A stretch of DNA of 64,000 bases from an uncultured Acidimicrobiaceae bacterium (GCA_963843365.1 CAWJKG010000006.1:245964-309963), one strand, 5' to 3'. Positions 46,421-55,594 are shown, counted from the first letter of the stretch. Notes: generated by a model not told the origin, from the sequence alone. Translations and numbers: made by a program.

Positions 46421-48361
46421 CTAGCCCGTCATCCCCACGATGGGCTGGTTGAGTGTGATGGAGCCCGTGGAGCCGAGGAAGGGCGGCCCGCCGGTGGTCG
46501 GGAACGTGAAGATGCCCCCGTCGGATCCGGTCAGGTAGTAGCCGCCCGGCACCGCCGCCATGCCCACGATCGGCTTGTTGAGCTTGATGGAGCCCGTCGA
46601 GCCGTAGAACGGAGGGCCGTTGGTGGTCGGGTAGGTGAAGATGCCACCGTCCGTGGCCACCAGGTAGTAGCCCCCCGAGACCGGGGCGGCCATGCCGACG
46701 ACCGGCTTGTTCAACACCAGCGAACCTGCCGAGCCCTGGAAGACGGCGTCCCCGTAGTTGAAGATGCCGCCGTCCGACGCCACCAGGTAGTACCCCTTGC
46801 CGTCGGGCGTGGCCGCCATCCCCACGATCGGCTTGTTGAGCTTGATGGAGCCCGTCGAGCCGTAGAACTGGGCATCGCCATACGAGAAGATGCCGCCGTC
46901 CGAAGCCACCAGCCAGTACCCGCCGCCGTCGGCGGTCATGGCCATGCCCACGATGGGCTGGTTCAGGTGGATGGACCCGGCCGACCCGTAGAACGGAGCG
47001 CTGCCGTAGTTGAAGATGCCCCCGTCGGAGGCGACAAGGTCGTAGCCGTCGCCAGCCGGCATGACGGCCATGCCCACGATGGGCTTGTTCAGCTTCAGCG
47101 AGCCCGTGGAGCCGAGGAAGGGCGCCCCGGCGCCGTAGTCGAACACACCACCGTCAGAGGCGACGAACCGATAGCCCGAGCGGGCGATGGGTGCGGTCAT
47201 GACGAAGGGAACCGAGGAGCCGCTGGGGCTGGTCTCGCCCACCGCCACGCACTCCCACCCGGTCAGGCACGTCACGCCCGGGGCCGCAGTGTTCGTGGTC
47301 CCGCTGGCCATGGTGGGTGCCGTCGCCAACTTCCATGACGTCCCGTCCCAGACCTGCGCCAACGGCAGGGTTCCGGCGGTCGCGTCGTTGCTGGACCCCG
47401 TCGCACTGCAGGTGGTGGGGCTGAAGCAGCTCACGCCGTCCAACGTGTCGTCTTGGGTCGTGGAGAGGTTCGGCGAGGGCAGCTGCAGCCACGTCGAGCC
47501 GTTCCACTGCTCGACCAGCGTCCGCGTGGGGTTGGTCCCGTCGTTGTAGTTGCCGACGGCCTGGCAGAAGGCGGTGCCGATGCACGACACACCCCGCAGG
47601 TCGTTGGTGGCGCCGGGGGCGCTCGACCCGTTGGGGCTGGCCACGACGCTCCAGGTCGAACCGTTCCAGAGTTCCGCCAGGGTGGAGGTGATGGTCGCCG
47701 TGGACTGGCCAGTGGCGATGCAGAACGTGGTCCCGCTACAGGACACTCCCTGCAGCGTGCTGTTCGTCGATCCCGTCGGAGCCGGGACAGTGGCCACCGT
47801 CCACGCGGTGCCGTTCCACTGCTCGATGAGCGGGAACGTGCCGGCCGGAGTGGTGGCCGAACCGACAGCGACGCAGTTCGTGCTCGACGTGCAGGTCACG
47901 CCATTGCCCTGAGAGGCCGTCGCGCCTGTTGGAAGCGGGGTTGTCGCCGCCGACCAGGTCGTGCCGTTCCACTGCAAGACGACGATGTTGGTGCCATCCG
48001 TCCCCACGGCGGCGCAGAACGACGTGCCCACACAGGACACGCCGCGCAGATCGGCTCCTGCGGTGGAGGGATTGGCTACGACATTCCACGCCGTACCGCT
48101 CCACTGCTCAATCAGCCCGCCCGAACCGCCGGTGCTCCCCGTCGCCACGCAGAAGGTGGAGGTCGTACAGGAGACGGCGTCCAGTGTGGTGGTGGTTGTC
48201 ACTCCCGTCGCCTGCGGGATGGTGCCCTGGGTGTAAGTGGTCGCGTTGACCGTCGGCGCAACCGTGAGGCCCGCGCTGGCGGGCGTCGAGCCCAAGGCGA
48301 TCATCAGAGGAAAGGCGGCGATGCTGACGACAAGCGCAGCAATGCGGACGATTCGGGACAT
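46421..48361 (-). CDS. secreted repeat protein, paralogue of 28640..31615: about 7 Cys-pair/WNGT.W repeats plus a six-blade GY.LVASDGGIF propeller
   Basis: Signal peptide MSRIVRIAALVVSIAAFPLMIALGSTPASA/G. For the repeats see the two repeat features. Confidence 0.8.
   Translation of the reverse strand: MSRIVRIAALVVSIAAFPLMIALGSTPASAGLTVAPTVNATTYTQGTIPQATGVTTTTTLDAVSCTTSTFCVATGSTGGSGGLIEQWSGTAWNVVANPSTAGADLRGVSCVGTSFCAAVGTDGTNIVVLQWNGTTWSAATTPLPTGATASQGNGVTCTSSTNCVAVGSATTPAGTFPLIEQWNGTAWTVATVPAPTGSTNSTLQGVSCSGTTFCIATGQSTATITSTLAELWNGSTWSVVASPNGSSAPGATNDLRGVSCIGTAFCQAVGNYNDGTNPTRTLVEQWNGSTWLQLPSPNLSTTQDDTLDGVSCFSPTTCSATGSSNDATAGTLPLAQVWDGTSWKLATAPTMASGTTNTAAPGVTCLTGWECVAVGETSPSGSSVPFVMTAPIARSGYRFVASDGGVFDYGAGAPFLGSTGSLKLNKPIVGMAVMPAGDGYDLVASDGGIFNYGSAPFYGSAGSIHLNQPIVGMAMTADGGGYWLVASDGGIFSYGDAQFYGSTGSIKLNKPIVGMAATPDGKGYYLVASDGGIFNYGDAVFQGSAGSLVLNKPVVGMAAPVSGGYYLVATDGGIFTYPTTNGPPFYGSTGSIKLNKPIVGMAAVPGGYYLTGSDGGIFTFPTTGGPPFLGSTGSITLNQPIVGMTG
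46424..47176 (-). repeat. six tandem ~41-44-aa coding repeats: GY(W/Y/R/D)LVASDGGIF.YG...F.GS.GS..LN.PIVGMA
   Basis: Read from the translation. This is the same module as 30860..31612. The last two blades carry a PTT.GPP insertion. Confidence 0.85.
47200..48184 (-). repeat. about 7 tandem coding repeats: L.GVSC-x5-C.A.G ... L.E.WNG(T/S).W
   Basis: Examples: LRGVSCVGTSFCAAVG...VLQWNGTTWS, LQGVSCSGTTFCIATG...ELWNGSTWS, LDGVSCFSPTTCSATG...QVWDGTSWK. Confidence 0.75.
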
Positions 48362-48469
48362 AGTGGCTCCTATCGGGGGGCGTTGCTCCGGGTTGATCCG
48401 TTCCCCAAGCTAGGGCACTTGCCACGGCGCTGCTCAGATTTGCAACAAGATTGTCATGCAGCCCCCGGT

Positions 48470-49213
48470 TCAACGAGCGGTTGCGATCACCACCAGTTCC
48501 CAGCTGTCCAACTCGAGTGGGCCCCCGCCTCCGGCTCGGAATTCCACGTTGTTGAAACCGGCCCGGTGCAGCCATTCCACCCATTCGGGCGGGGTGGGCA
48601 GCCGAACGAAGTACGACGCCTGGCGGACCTCGCCGCCACGATGCACCGTTCGTTGGACGACCATGCGCCCGCGCAACGGATCGAAGGTCGAGACCTCGAC
48701 CATGGTGTCGCTCCCGAGTTGGACCACCACCGCGTCGGGCGCCGGCGTGAAATGGCGGACCCCTCCGTCGTGGTGCATCGTGTCGATGGCGACCTTGCCG
48801 CCCGGACGGAGCACGCGACGGAACTCGTCGAGCACGCGGTGGCAGTCGGCGTCGTCGTAGTAGCCGAACGAGTTCAGCCAGCAGACGACCGCGTCGAACG
48901 GCCCGTCGACCGGCAGCGATCGCACATCCCCCTCGACGTAGGTGACCGCATCGGGTGGCAGGAGCGGATCGGCGCGGGCCTGGTCGAGATAGGCCGGGGT
49001 CAGGTCCACTCCGGTGACCTCCATGCCCGCCGCGGCCAAGCGCCGGGCGATGCGCCCGTGGCCGCACGGTGCGTCGAGGATCCGGGACCCGGGCGGCAGG
49101 TCGAGCAGCCTCAGGATCTCGGCCGTGTCGGCGTCCGAGTGCGCGTCGTCGATGGACTCCTCGTAGAAGTAGAGGTAGTCGTCGCCGAAAGTGGCCTCCA
49201 TGTCGAACGTCAT
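48470..49213 (-). CDS. class I SAM-dependent methyltransferase
   Basis: Motif I RILDAPCGHGRIARRLA. Also FDAVVCWLNSFGY, LRPGGKV. Confidence 0.8.
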   Translation of the reverse strand: MTFDMEATFGDDYLYFYEESIDDAHSDADTAEILRLLDLPPGSRILDAPCGHGRIARRLAAAGMEVTGVDLTPAYLDQARADPLLPPDAVTYVEGDVRSLPVDGPFDAVVCWLNSFGYYDDADCHRVLDEFRRVLRPGGKVAIDTMHHDGGVRHFTPAPDAVVVQLGSDTMVEVSTFDPLRGRMVVQRTVHRGGEVRQASYFVRLPTPPEWVEWLHRAGFNNVEFRAGGGGPLELDSWELVVIATAR

Positions 49214-49245
49214 GCGCCATCATCGCCGCCGATAGGGTCCCCCGC

Positions 49246-50109
49246 ATGCCCGAATCCGAGGATCTCTCCTTCGATGCGGTCACTGCGCTGGAGGAGACGG
49301 ACGATCCGCACGTGTTCGGGGCCAGCGTCCACCCGCTCTGGGCCGTGGGCGACAAGGCCAACGGTGGCTACCTCCTGGCGCTGCTCGGGCGGGCCGCCCG
49401 TGTCACAGCCCGGCGGCATGGTGGACGGGACTGGGAGGTACTGGCCTCCTCCGTCACTTATCTGCGCGCGCCCGGCATGGGCCATGCGCTCGTGCACACG
49501 ACGCTGCTGCGCAGTGGCCGGACGGCGGCCCACGTGCGGGCCGTCCTGTCCCAGGGCGAGCACGACATTGTGGACGCGGTGTTCGTGCTGGGTGCGCTGC
49601 CGGAGGAGACGGCGGTGCGCTACGACGGCACCCCGGCCTTCCACGCGCCCGATCCGGAGGATTGCGTCCGCCTGACCCCCCAGATCCCGAACGGGGTCTA
49701 CGTGGGGATCATGGACGTGCTCGACCTCCGGCTGGACCCCGCCACCCTGCCGTTCGCCGCGACGCCGGTGCAGCCGCCGCCGCAGCCGGCGGACACGCCA
49801 GCCGAGTTGCGGGGCTGGACCCGCTTCGCCGACGGCCGCCAGCCCGATGCCCTCTCGCTCCTCTTCCTGGCCGACGCCATTCCCCCGGCGACCCTCATGA
49901 TCGGCTCGACGGGCTGGGTGCCCACGCTGCAGATGTCGTCCTACGTGCGGGCCCGGCCCGCGGCGGGCTGGCTGGCCATCCGCATGACGGCCGGCCTGGT
50001 CGCCGACGGGATGGTCGACGAAACCTGCGTTCTGTGGGACAGCCGGGGCCACCTGGTGGGACAGTCCACCCAGTTGGCCCGGCTCCGCTTCCCCGATGAA
50101 GCGGTCTGA
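49246..50109 (+). CDS. thioesterase-like superfamily (hot-dog, 4HBT_3-type) protein
   Basis: Start MPESEDLSFD. Motifs: VHPLWAVGDKANGGYLLALLGRAA, GWVPTLQMSSYVRARP. Confidence 0.65.
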   Translation: MPESEDLSFDAVTALEETDDPHVFGASVHPLWAVGDKANGGYLLALLGRAARVTARRHGGRDWEVLASSVTYLRAPGMGHALVHTTLLRSGRTAAHVRAVLSQGEHDIVDAVFVLGALPEETAVRYDGTPAFHAPDPEDCVRLTPQIPNGVYVGIMDVLDLRLDPATLPFAATPVQPPPQPADTPAELRGWTRFADGRQPDALSLLFLADAIPPATLMIGSTGWVPTLQMSSYVRARPAAGWLAIRMTAGLVADGMVDETCVLWDSRGHLVGQSTQLARLRFPDEAV

Positions 50110-50124
50110 GTCGAGTCGGGCGCG

Positions 50125-50313
50125 TCAGGCCGCCCGGCCGCCGACGCCCTGGTCGGCGTCGTCGTCGGCGTCTTCCTCGTCGTCGGCCTCGTAGCAGTCC
50201 CACGAGCAGTAGCCCACGATCCGCGGCGAGCCCGGGTGGAACCCGCAACGCGGGCAGAGTTGCATCGCGATGGGGCCTCTCTCTTGTGCCTGCCTGGTTG
50301 TCGTCGTTTCCAT
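50125..50313 (-). CDS. small Cys4 zinc-ribbon-like protein with an acidic tail
   Basis: Motif: CPRCGFHPGSPRIVGYCSWDCYEADDEEDADDDAD. GC3 is very high from MQLCP onward, so the start could be 50265 instead of 50313. Confidence 0.5.
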   Translation of the reverse strand: METTTTRQAQERGPIAMQLCPRCGFHPGSPRIVGYCSWDCYEADDEEDADDDADQGVGGRAA

Positions 50314-50352
50314 GATGATTTCCTGCCGCTTTGCCTCACGAAGGAGGTCTGA

Positions 50353-50387
50353 ACGCAAAAGAGCCGCTTCCCCGTGGGAAGCGGCTC
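50353..50387 (-). terminator. intrinsic terminator (minus strand)
   Basis: Perfect 11-12-bp stem GAGCCGCUUCCC/GGGAAGCGGCUC at 50361-50387, followed on the minus strand by UUUUGCG (50354-50360). Confidence 0.6.
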
Positions 50388-50413
50388 CTCGACGTCGGGA
50401 CTGTGTGAGTCCC

Positions 50414-50560
50414 TTACGACGTCGGTGCCACCCCCCCGCTGTTCAGCTTGGGGATTCCGCAGATCTGTACTTCCGACATGGCGAGGCGCGCCTGCCCGAG
50501 GGAATTACCCCCCCGCTGGGACCGACACAGCCGTTCGTGCGCCACACTCGCGTGCTTCAT
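50414..50560 (-). other. candidate 48-codon small ORF, or the body of an sRNA of about 210 nt
   Basis: Translation: MKHASVAHERLCRSQRGGNSLGQARLAMSEVQICGIPKLNSGGVAPTS. About 80% G/C at third positions by hand count. It is bracketed by a promoter-like element and the terminator. It contains two copies of CAGCGGGGGGGU. Confidence 0.3.
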
Positions 50561-50569
50561 GATGCTCTG

Positions 50570-50599
50570 AGTATACGAGGGCTCACGCCGGCCCCTGAA
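50570..50599 (-). promoter_or_regulatory. sigma-70-like promoter candidate (minus strand)
   Basis: -10 TATACT (50570-50575), an 18-nt spacer, and -35 TTCAGG (50594-50599). The -10 ends 9 nt before the sORF ATG, so the transcript would be nearly leaderless. Confidence 0.3.
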
Positions 50600-50764
50600 C
50601 GGTCGAACGAAAGATCGGGCAGAGTTCATCCGCGCGTCACATGTGTGCGCGCAGCGCCGATCGCAGCGTCGGAGAGGCTCGGTGCGGCGGGTGCGGCTGG
50701 CAGGTGCGGATGGCACGGGGGCGGATGGCACGGGGCGGGTGGGCGCCTCGAATCTCGCCCGGGG

Positions 50765-52303
50765 TCAGGCGGAGGCGGCGCCGGCCAGGCGGGCACGCAA
50801 CTCCGGCTTGACCACCTTGCCGGTGGGATTCCGGGGCAGTTCCTCAACGAAGACGAACCGCCGCGGCACCTTGTAATCGGCGAGTTGCTCGAGGCCGAAG
50901 GCGCGCAGCTCGTCCCCGTCGGCCTCGGTTCCGGCGTGGAGCACCACGAACGCGACCACGTCCTCGCCCAGCACGGGGTGGGGCGCACCCACCACCGCCA
51001 CCTCCTTGACCGCGGGGTGCTGCACCAGGACGTGCTCGACGTCGGTGGCGTGCACGTTGTTGCCACCGCGGATGATGACGTCCTTGGAGCGGCCGACGAT
51101 GTAGAGGTACCCGTCGGCATCGAGCTTGCCGAGGTCGCCGGTGACGAGCCAGCCGTCCCGCCACATCTCCGCCGTCGCCTCGGGGTCCTCGAAGTACTCG
51201 CGCTGGCGCCCCGGCATCTGCAGGCGCACCTCGCCCACCTCGCCGGGAGGGAGCTCCTTGTCGTGCTCGTCGACGATGCGCACCACGGCCGGGGGCGCGA
51301 TCTGCCCGACCGAGCCGGGACGCTTGATCGCCTCGCCCTTGGGCATGATGCAGTAGGCCGACCCGGCCTCGGTCATGCCGTAGTTGTTCGACACCAGGGC
51401 GTCGGGCATCTTTTCCTGCAGGCGCTCGAGGACGAAGGGGGCCAGCGGCGCGCTGCCCACCGAGCACATCTGCACCGACGACAGGTCGGCCTCGGCGAAA
51501 CGCGGGTGGTCGATGAGCAGATGCGCCATGGTGGGGACCAGGAACACCGCGAGGGGCCGCTCCTCCTCGACCACGCGCAGCCAGCGGTCCGCATCGAAGC
51601 GAGGCAGGTAGATCACCTGCATGCCGAACTTCATGGGTGTGTAGACGAGGGCGATCCCGGCGAAGGTGAAAAGCGGGCTGGCGTGCACCCATCCGGCGCC
51701 GCTCCAGTTGGGCTCCACCGCGCCCACCATGGCGCCGTTGGAATGGCGCACGGCGACGCCCTTGGGGCGGCCGGTGGTCCCCGAGGTGTACAGGATGTCG
51801 GCCAGGTCGTCCGAGGCACGCGGCACCTGGAAGGGTGAGCGGTCGCCCGCGGTGACGCCGGCCCACGTGAAGAACGGCACATCGAGGTCCGGCGGAGGGT
51901 TCCCGTCCTCCGCGCCGCCGTCGATCAGGGCGACGAGGCGACCCGCCCCGATCTCGCCGTCGCTGTGGAGCAGATCCCCGTCGGCGACCACGGCGGTGGC
52001 GCCGGAATGCTCGACCATGTGGGCGACCTCGGCGGGCGCCAAGCGGGGGTTCATGGGGACGGCCACGCCCCCCGCCCGGTGGGCGGCGGAGTAGGAGACG
52101 AGCCAGTGCAGGGCGAGCTCGGGGCGCAGATGGATGCCGACGCGGGCGCCCGGCTCGAGACCGGCCTCCACCAGACGGCGGGCCATGGCGTTGGCCGCGC
52201 CGTCCCACTCGGCGAAGGTCATGGACCCGACGTCGACCACCGCGAAGGCCGTCTTGTCGCCGAACTCCTCGGCCATGCGGGCCAGGTGGTCGTCCATCAG
52301 CAC
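50765..52303 (-). CDS. AMP-dependent acyl-CoA synthetase/ligase (FadD-like)
   Basis: Motifs: ILYTSGTTGRPKG, YGMTEAG, WLVTGDLG, RNPTGKVVK. Intact 512-aa ORF. Confidence 0.85.
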   Translation of the reverse strand: MLMDDHLARMAEEFGDKTAFAVVDVGSMTFAEWDGAANAMARRLVEAGLEPGARVGIHLRPELALHWLVSYSAAHRAGGVAVPMNPRLAPAEVAHMVEHSGATAVVADGDLLHSDGEIGAGRLVALIDGGAEDGNPPPDLDVPFFTWAGVTAGDRSPFQVPRASDDLADILYTSGTTGRPKGVAVRHSNGAMVGAVEPNWSGAGWVHASPLFTFAGIALVYTPMKFGMQVIYLPRFDADRWLRVVEEERPLAVFLVPTMAHLLIDHPRFAEADLSSVQMCSVGSAPLAPFVLERLQEKMPDALVSNNYGMTEAGSAYCIMPKGEAIKRPGSVGQIAPPAVVRIVDEHDKELPPGEVGEVRLQMPGRQREYFEDPEATAEMWRDGWLVTGDLGKLDADGYLYIVGRSKDVIIRGGNNVHATDVEHVLVQHPAVKEVAVVGAPHPVLGEDVVAFVVLHAGTEADGDELRAFGLEQLADYKVPRRFVFVEELPRNPTGKVVKPELRARLAGAASA

Positions 52304-52343
52304 AGGTGCAGGTCCCCCAGAGAGGTCGGCCGACGCGAAAAGT

Positions 52344-52357
52344 TGACGCCGGTGTCA
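52344..52357. promoter_or_regulatory. TGAC-N6-GTCA palindrome (site E)
   Basis: TGACGCCGGTGTCA followed by GGTT. It lies in the divergent region between the fadD-like start (52303) and the DUF35 start (52465). Confidence 0.4.
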
Positions 52358-52464
52358 GGTTCGTTGCAGCATGGCCGATGCGTCTCCGGGGGTCAATCCC
52401 GGCGCCGCCCCGAGTGCGCTCTCCGCTGCTGCGGCCGACGGGAGCCGACGTAGGAAGAGGCGTG

Positions 52465-52872
52465 ATGAGCACCGTCCGGTTCGACCTCCCCACCCCGGAG
52501 GCGGACACCATCGAGTTCTGGGAGGCCGCCAGGGACGGGCGCCTGCTCATCCGGCATTGCCTCGACTGCGACGCCTACTCCTACTACCCGCGTCCCTTCT
52601 GCCCTGCGTGCTGGAGCGAGCGGGTGGAGTGGTACGAGGCCGGCGGGCAGGGGACGCTGTACACGTGGTCGGTGATCTACAGCAACGACATGCCGCCCTT
52701 CAACGAGCGCGTGCCCTACGTCGCCGCCATCGTCGACCTGGCCGAAGGCCCGCGCATGATGACCAACGTGGTCGACTGCCCGTTCGAGGACCTGCAGGTC
52801 GGCATGCCGCTGCAGGTCCGCTTCCAACCCATCTCCGACGAGTTCACGATCCCCGTCTTCGCACGGGCCTGA
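52465..52872 (+). CDS. DUF35 Zn-ribbon/OB-fold protein (thiolase partner)
   Basis: Motifs: FWEAARDGRLLIRHCLDCDAYSYYPRPFCPACWS, GTLYTWSV. Confidence 0.8.
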   Translation: MSTVRFDLPTPEADTIEFWEAARDGRLLIRHCLDCDAYSYYPRPFCPACWSERVEWYEAGGQGTLYTWSVIYSNDMPPFNERVPYVAAIVDLAEGPRMMTNVVDCPFEDLQVGMPLQVRFQPISDEFTIPVFARA

Positions 52873-52885
52873 GGAGGCACACCCC

Positions 52886-54075
52886 ATGAGCGCCACTGCC
52901 AACGACGCCGTCATCGTCGCCGCCACCCGCACGCCCATCGGCCGCTCCGGCCGCGCCTTGGCGGGGCTGAGCGTGACCGACATCGGCATGCAGACGGTCA
53001 CCGCCACCTCGGCGCGTCCGGACTGGACCCCGGCGACATCGACGACCTGATCCTCGGTGAGGTGCTGCGCGGCGGCGGCTGCACCGCCCGCTACGTGGCC
53101 AACGCGCTGGGGCTGCCGCCCGACACACCGGGCGGTGCCGTACAGCGCCAGTGCGCCACCGGGATGATGGCGGTCCAGGAGGCGGCGGCGCACATCCGTT
53201 CGGGCATGGCCGACGCCATCGTCGCCGGCGGCATCGACTCCATGACCCGCACCCCGATGCTGTTCGAGAAGTCGCCCTTCCCCTTCGGCGGCGTGCAGCA
53301 GTTCATGCCTCCGAGCCACCCGGACTCGCCCGAGGCCCCCAACACCAACATGCTGATCACCGTGGGCGAGAACACCGCCCACGAATGCGGCATCACCCGA
53401 GAGGAATCCGACGACTGGTCGTACCACTCCAACATCCGGGCCGTGCAGGCGACCGACGAGGGCAGATTCGCGGACGAGATCGTGCCGGTCACTGTGCCGG
53501 CCGGCCGGGGTGAGACGGTGACCGTCAGCGTGGACGAGTGCCCACGCCGGGACACCACCCCGGAGAAGCTGGCGGCCCTGCCGTCGCTCACCGGGCCCGA
53601 CGGTCAGGTCACCGCGGGGAACTCCTCGGGGATCGCCGACGGGGGTGCCGCCCTGGTGCTGGTCTCTCGCTCCTACGCCGAGGACCACGGCATGGCGCCG
53701 CTGGCGACGGTGCGGTCATGGAACTCCTGCGGCGTGGAGCCGGCCCGCACCGGCCTGGCTCCCACCATCTGCGTGCCCCGGGCCCTCAACCGGGCCGGTC
53801 TCAGCGAGTCCGACGTCGACCTGGTCGAGATCAACGAGGCCTTCGCCACCATGGCGGTGGCCTGCTCCCGCAAGCTCGGCTTCCCCCACGAGATGGTCAA
53901 CGTCAACGGCGGGGCCGTCGGGCTCGGCCACCCGGTGGGCGCCTCGGGCGCCCGCATTCTGGTCACGCTGATCCACGAGTTGCGCCGGCGCGGCGGCGGC
54001 ATCGGGGTCGGCACGCTGTGCGCCGGCGGCGGCATGGGCTCGGCGACGGTGCTCGAGGTGCACGCACCGGCCTGA
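52886..54075 (+). pseudogene. thiolase (acetyl-CoA acyltransferase-like) with one frameshift near 53008
   Basis: ATG at 52886 after GAGGAGG gives MSATANDAVIVAATRTPIGRSGRALAGLSVTDIGMQTVTAT, then a stop at 53048. The rest (SGLDPGDIDDLILGEVLRGGGC...QCATGMMA...NEAFATMA...GLGHPVGASG...CAGGGMG) is in the frame of ORF 53062. The junction needs one extra nt. Confidence 0.7.
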
Positions 54076-54098
54076 TTGGACGGCCGAACGATCGAGCG

Positions 54099-55124
54099 TC
54101 ACGACGCCCGCGGCGCCTGTTGCGCGGGAAGGCGGGTCGCCCTGCAGTCCGGTGCGTGCCGCACACCAGTCCCACAGACGGGATCCGTCATCAGGGCCCG
54201 CGCCGCGGGCCGTCCAGGGCAGATGGTGCTCGCCGCGCCGATGCCGATCGTGGAAGAAGCCCTCCGTCGTCGGCCGGGCGGGCCCGAGCCCCTGGCCCCT
54301 CCGGCCGCGAGCCAGACCACGGTGTCGGCGCCTTCTGCCGGTGTCCGCAGCAGAGGCCCCAGCTTGGCGAAGGTGGGCAGCCCGCTGGCCAGCCCCGGGG
54401 TGTTCACCCAGCCCGGGTGCGAGGCGTAGCTGGCCACACCGTCGGCACCCCAGCGCCGGGCCCACTCGTGCGACAGCACGACCTGGGCCCGCTTCGCCCG
54501 CGCATAGGCGGTCGTGCCGCGGTAGGACTCGGGGGTCATTTCCAGGTGTTCGAGGTCGAAGGGCTCGGTGTACATGCCACCCGACGACACGGTCACGATG
54601 GTGGCATCCCCGGCCCGGCGCAGGAGCGGGCTGAGCCACCACGTCAGCTCGAAGGGCGCCAGACCGCCGTGGCCACCGTGAGCTCGCCCCCGACGGGCGC
54701 GCGGCGGTACGTCGGGGAACAGCGCGCCCGCCGCGTGGACCAGCGCATGCAGTCGCTCGTGGCGGCCGGCGACGCGGGACACGAAGGCCCGCACGGCGTC
54801 GGCATCGACGATGTCGAGCTCGACGAGCTCGACAGCGGCACCGGCTCCGAGGTCGCGGGCGTGGCGGGCGGTCGCCGCGATCCGCGCTCCTTGTCCCGGC
54901 CGACGAGCCAGAGCGTCGCGCCGAGACGCGCCAGTTCGAACGCGACGGCCTGCCCGATACCCGATGAGGCGCCCGTCACGACGGCGACCCGGCCGGTGAG
55001 GTCGGTGCGGCGGGGGCCAGTGCTCCAGGCGTGACCGCACGGCATAGCCGGCCCGACTGAAGCTGCCGGCGACCGTCGCCTCGAGCGCCCCGTCCACGAC
55101 GGCGGAAAAACGGGACCGGGTCAT
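54099..55124 (-). pseudogene. SDR-family oxidoreductase (DHRS12-like) broken by at least 5 frameshifts
   Basis: The fragments hop between three frames. They read MTRSRFSAVVDGALEATVAGSFSRAGYAVRSRLEHW; RTDLTGRVAVVTGASSGIGQAVAFELARLGATLWLVGRDKERG; ARHARDLGAGAAVELVELDIVDADAVRAFV...HAAGALFP; YRRAPVGGELTVATAV; LAPFELTWW...TVSSGGMYTE...YARAKRAQV...VVWLAAGG; GFFHDRHRRGEHHLPW...LWDWC. Shifts are near 55014, 54882, 54716, 54662 and 54295. The 3' end is uncertain. Confidence 0.65.
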
Positions 55125-55551
55125 GCCAGCGCGGCGCGGAGCCCGGCGGCCCCCCGGTCCGCCATGTTCGCGAAGAACCGGGCCAGGAGGGGCGACGCCA
55201 ACCGCAGCAGGCCGCGCCGCTCGAGCACGGCGACGTAGCGCGACCCGGGAGCCGGAGCCAGCCTCCTCCACCGTGATGGTGTCCGTCGACACGAGGTGTC
55301 CGTGCGTGGCCTGGAGCACGACCCGGCGGGGCCGGTCGAGCTCGAGGACCCGGTAGTCGAACGGCACGATCCGGCCGGCGACCCGCACGCCCAGCCGGTA
55401 CACCGATCCGACCTCGGCCGGACCGGGTGTCAGCGACTCCGCGCTCCTCGACGGCGGGATCCCACTCGTGGGCGTTGGCGAAGGTGGCCATGTACTCGAA
55501 CACCTCCTCCTGCCCTCCCGCTGCGTCGATCTCGGTGCTGTACGTGGCCAC
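55121..55551 (-). pseudogene. SRPBCC-family protein broken by 2 frameshifts
   Basis: GTG start after AAGGAG. The fragments read MATYSTEIDAAGGQEEVFEYMATFANAHEWDPAVEE; LTPGPAEVGSVYRLGVRVAGRIVPFDYRVLELDRPRRVVLQATHGHLVSTDTITVEEAGSGSRV; RYVAVLERRGLLRLASPLLARFFANMADRGAAGLRAALA, then the stop. Shifts are near 55436 and 55243. The stop overlaps the SDR ATG (ATGA at 55121-55124). Confidence 0.65.
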
Positions 55552-55594
55552 TGCAGTCTCCTTGCCCGCCGGACGCCGACGATACGGCCGCTAG

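Noticed and set aside
50391-50530. Two C7 tracts on the plus strand (ACCCCCCCGC twice) as an actinobacterial 6C RNA, or the minus strand as a c-di-AMP (ydaO-type) riboswitch.
   Set aside because: The C-tracts are about 72 nt apart and I could not draw the two short C-loop hairpins expected for 6C. The promoter and terminator are on the opposite strand. The resemblance to ydaO is limited to GCGGGGG and CGUAAG fragments. The region is left as an unclassified sORF/sRNA.
54099-55403. 434-aa ORF, and likewise the 499-aa ORF 57733..59232 and the 350-aa ORF 56714..57763, taken at face value as single genes.
   Set aside because: Each is a chimera. Recognisable protein segments alternate with Arg/Pro/Gly-rich nonsense, and the missing segments are found in the other two frames. 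They are better explained as frameshifted SDR, SRPBCC, CFA and DUF1365 genes.
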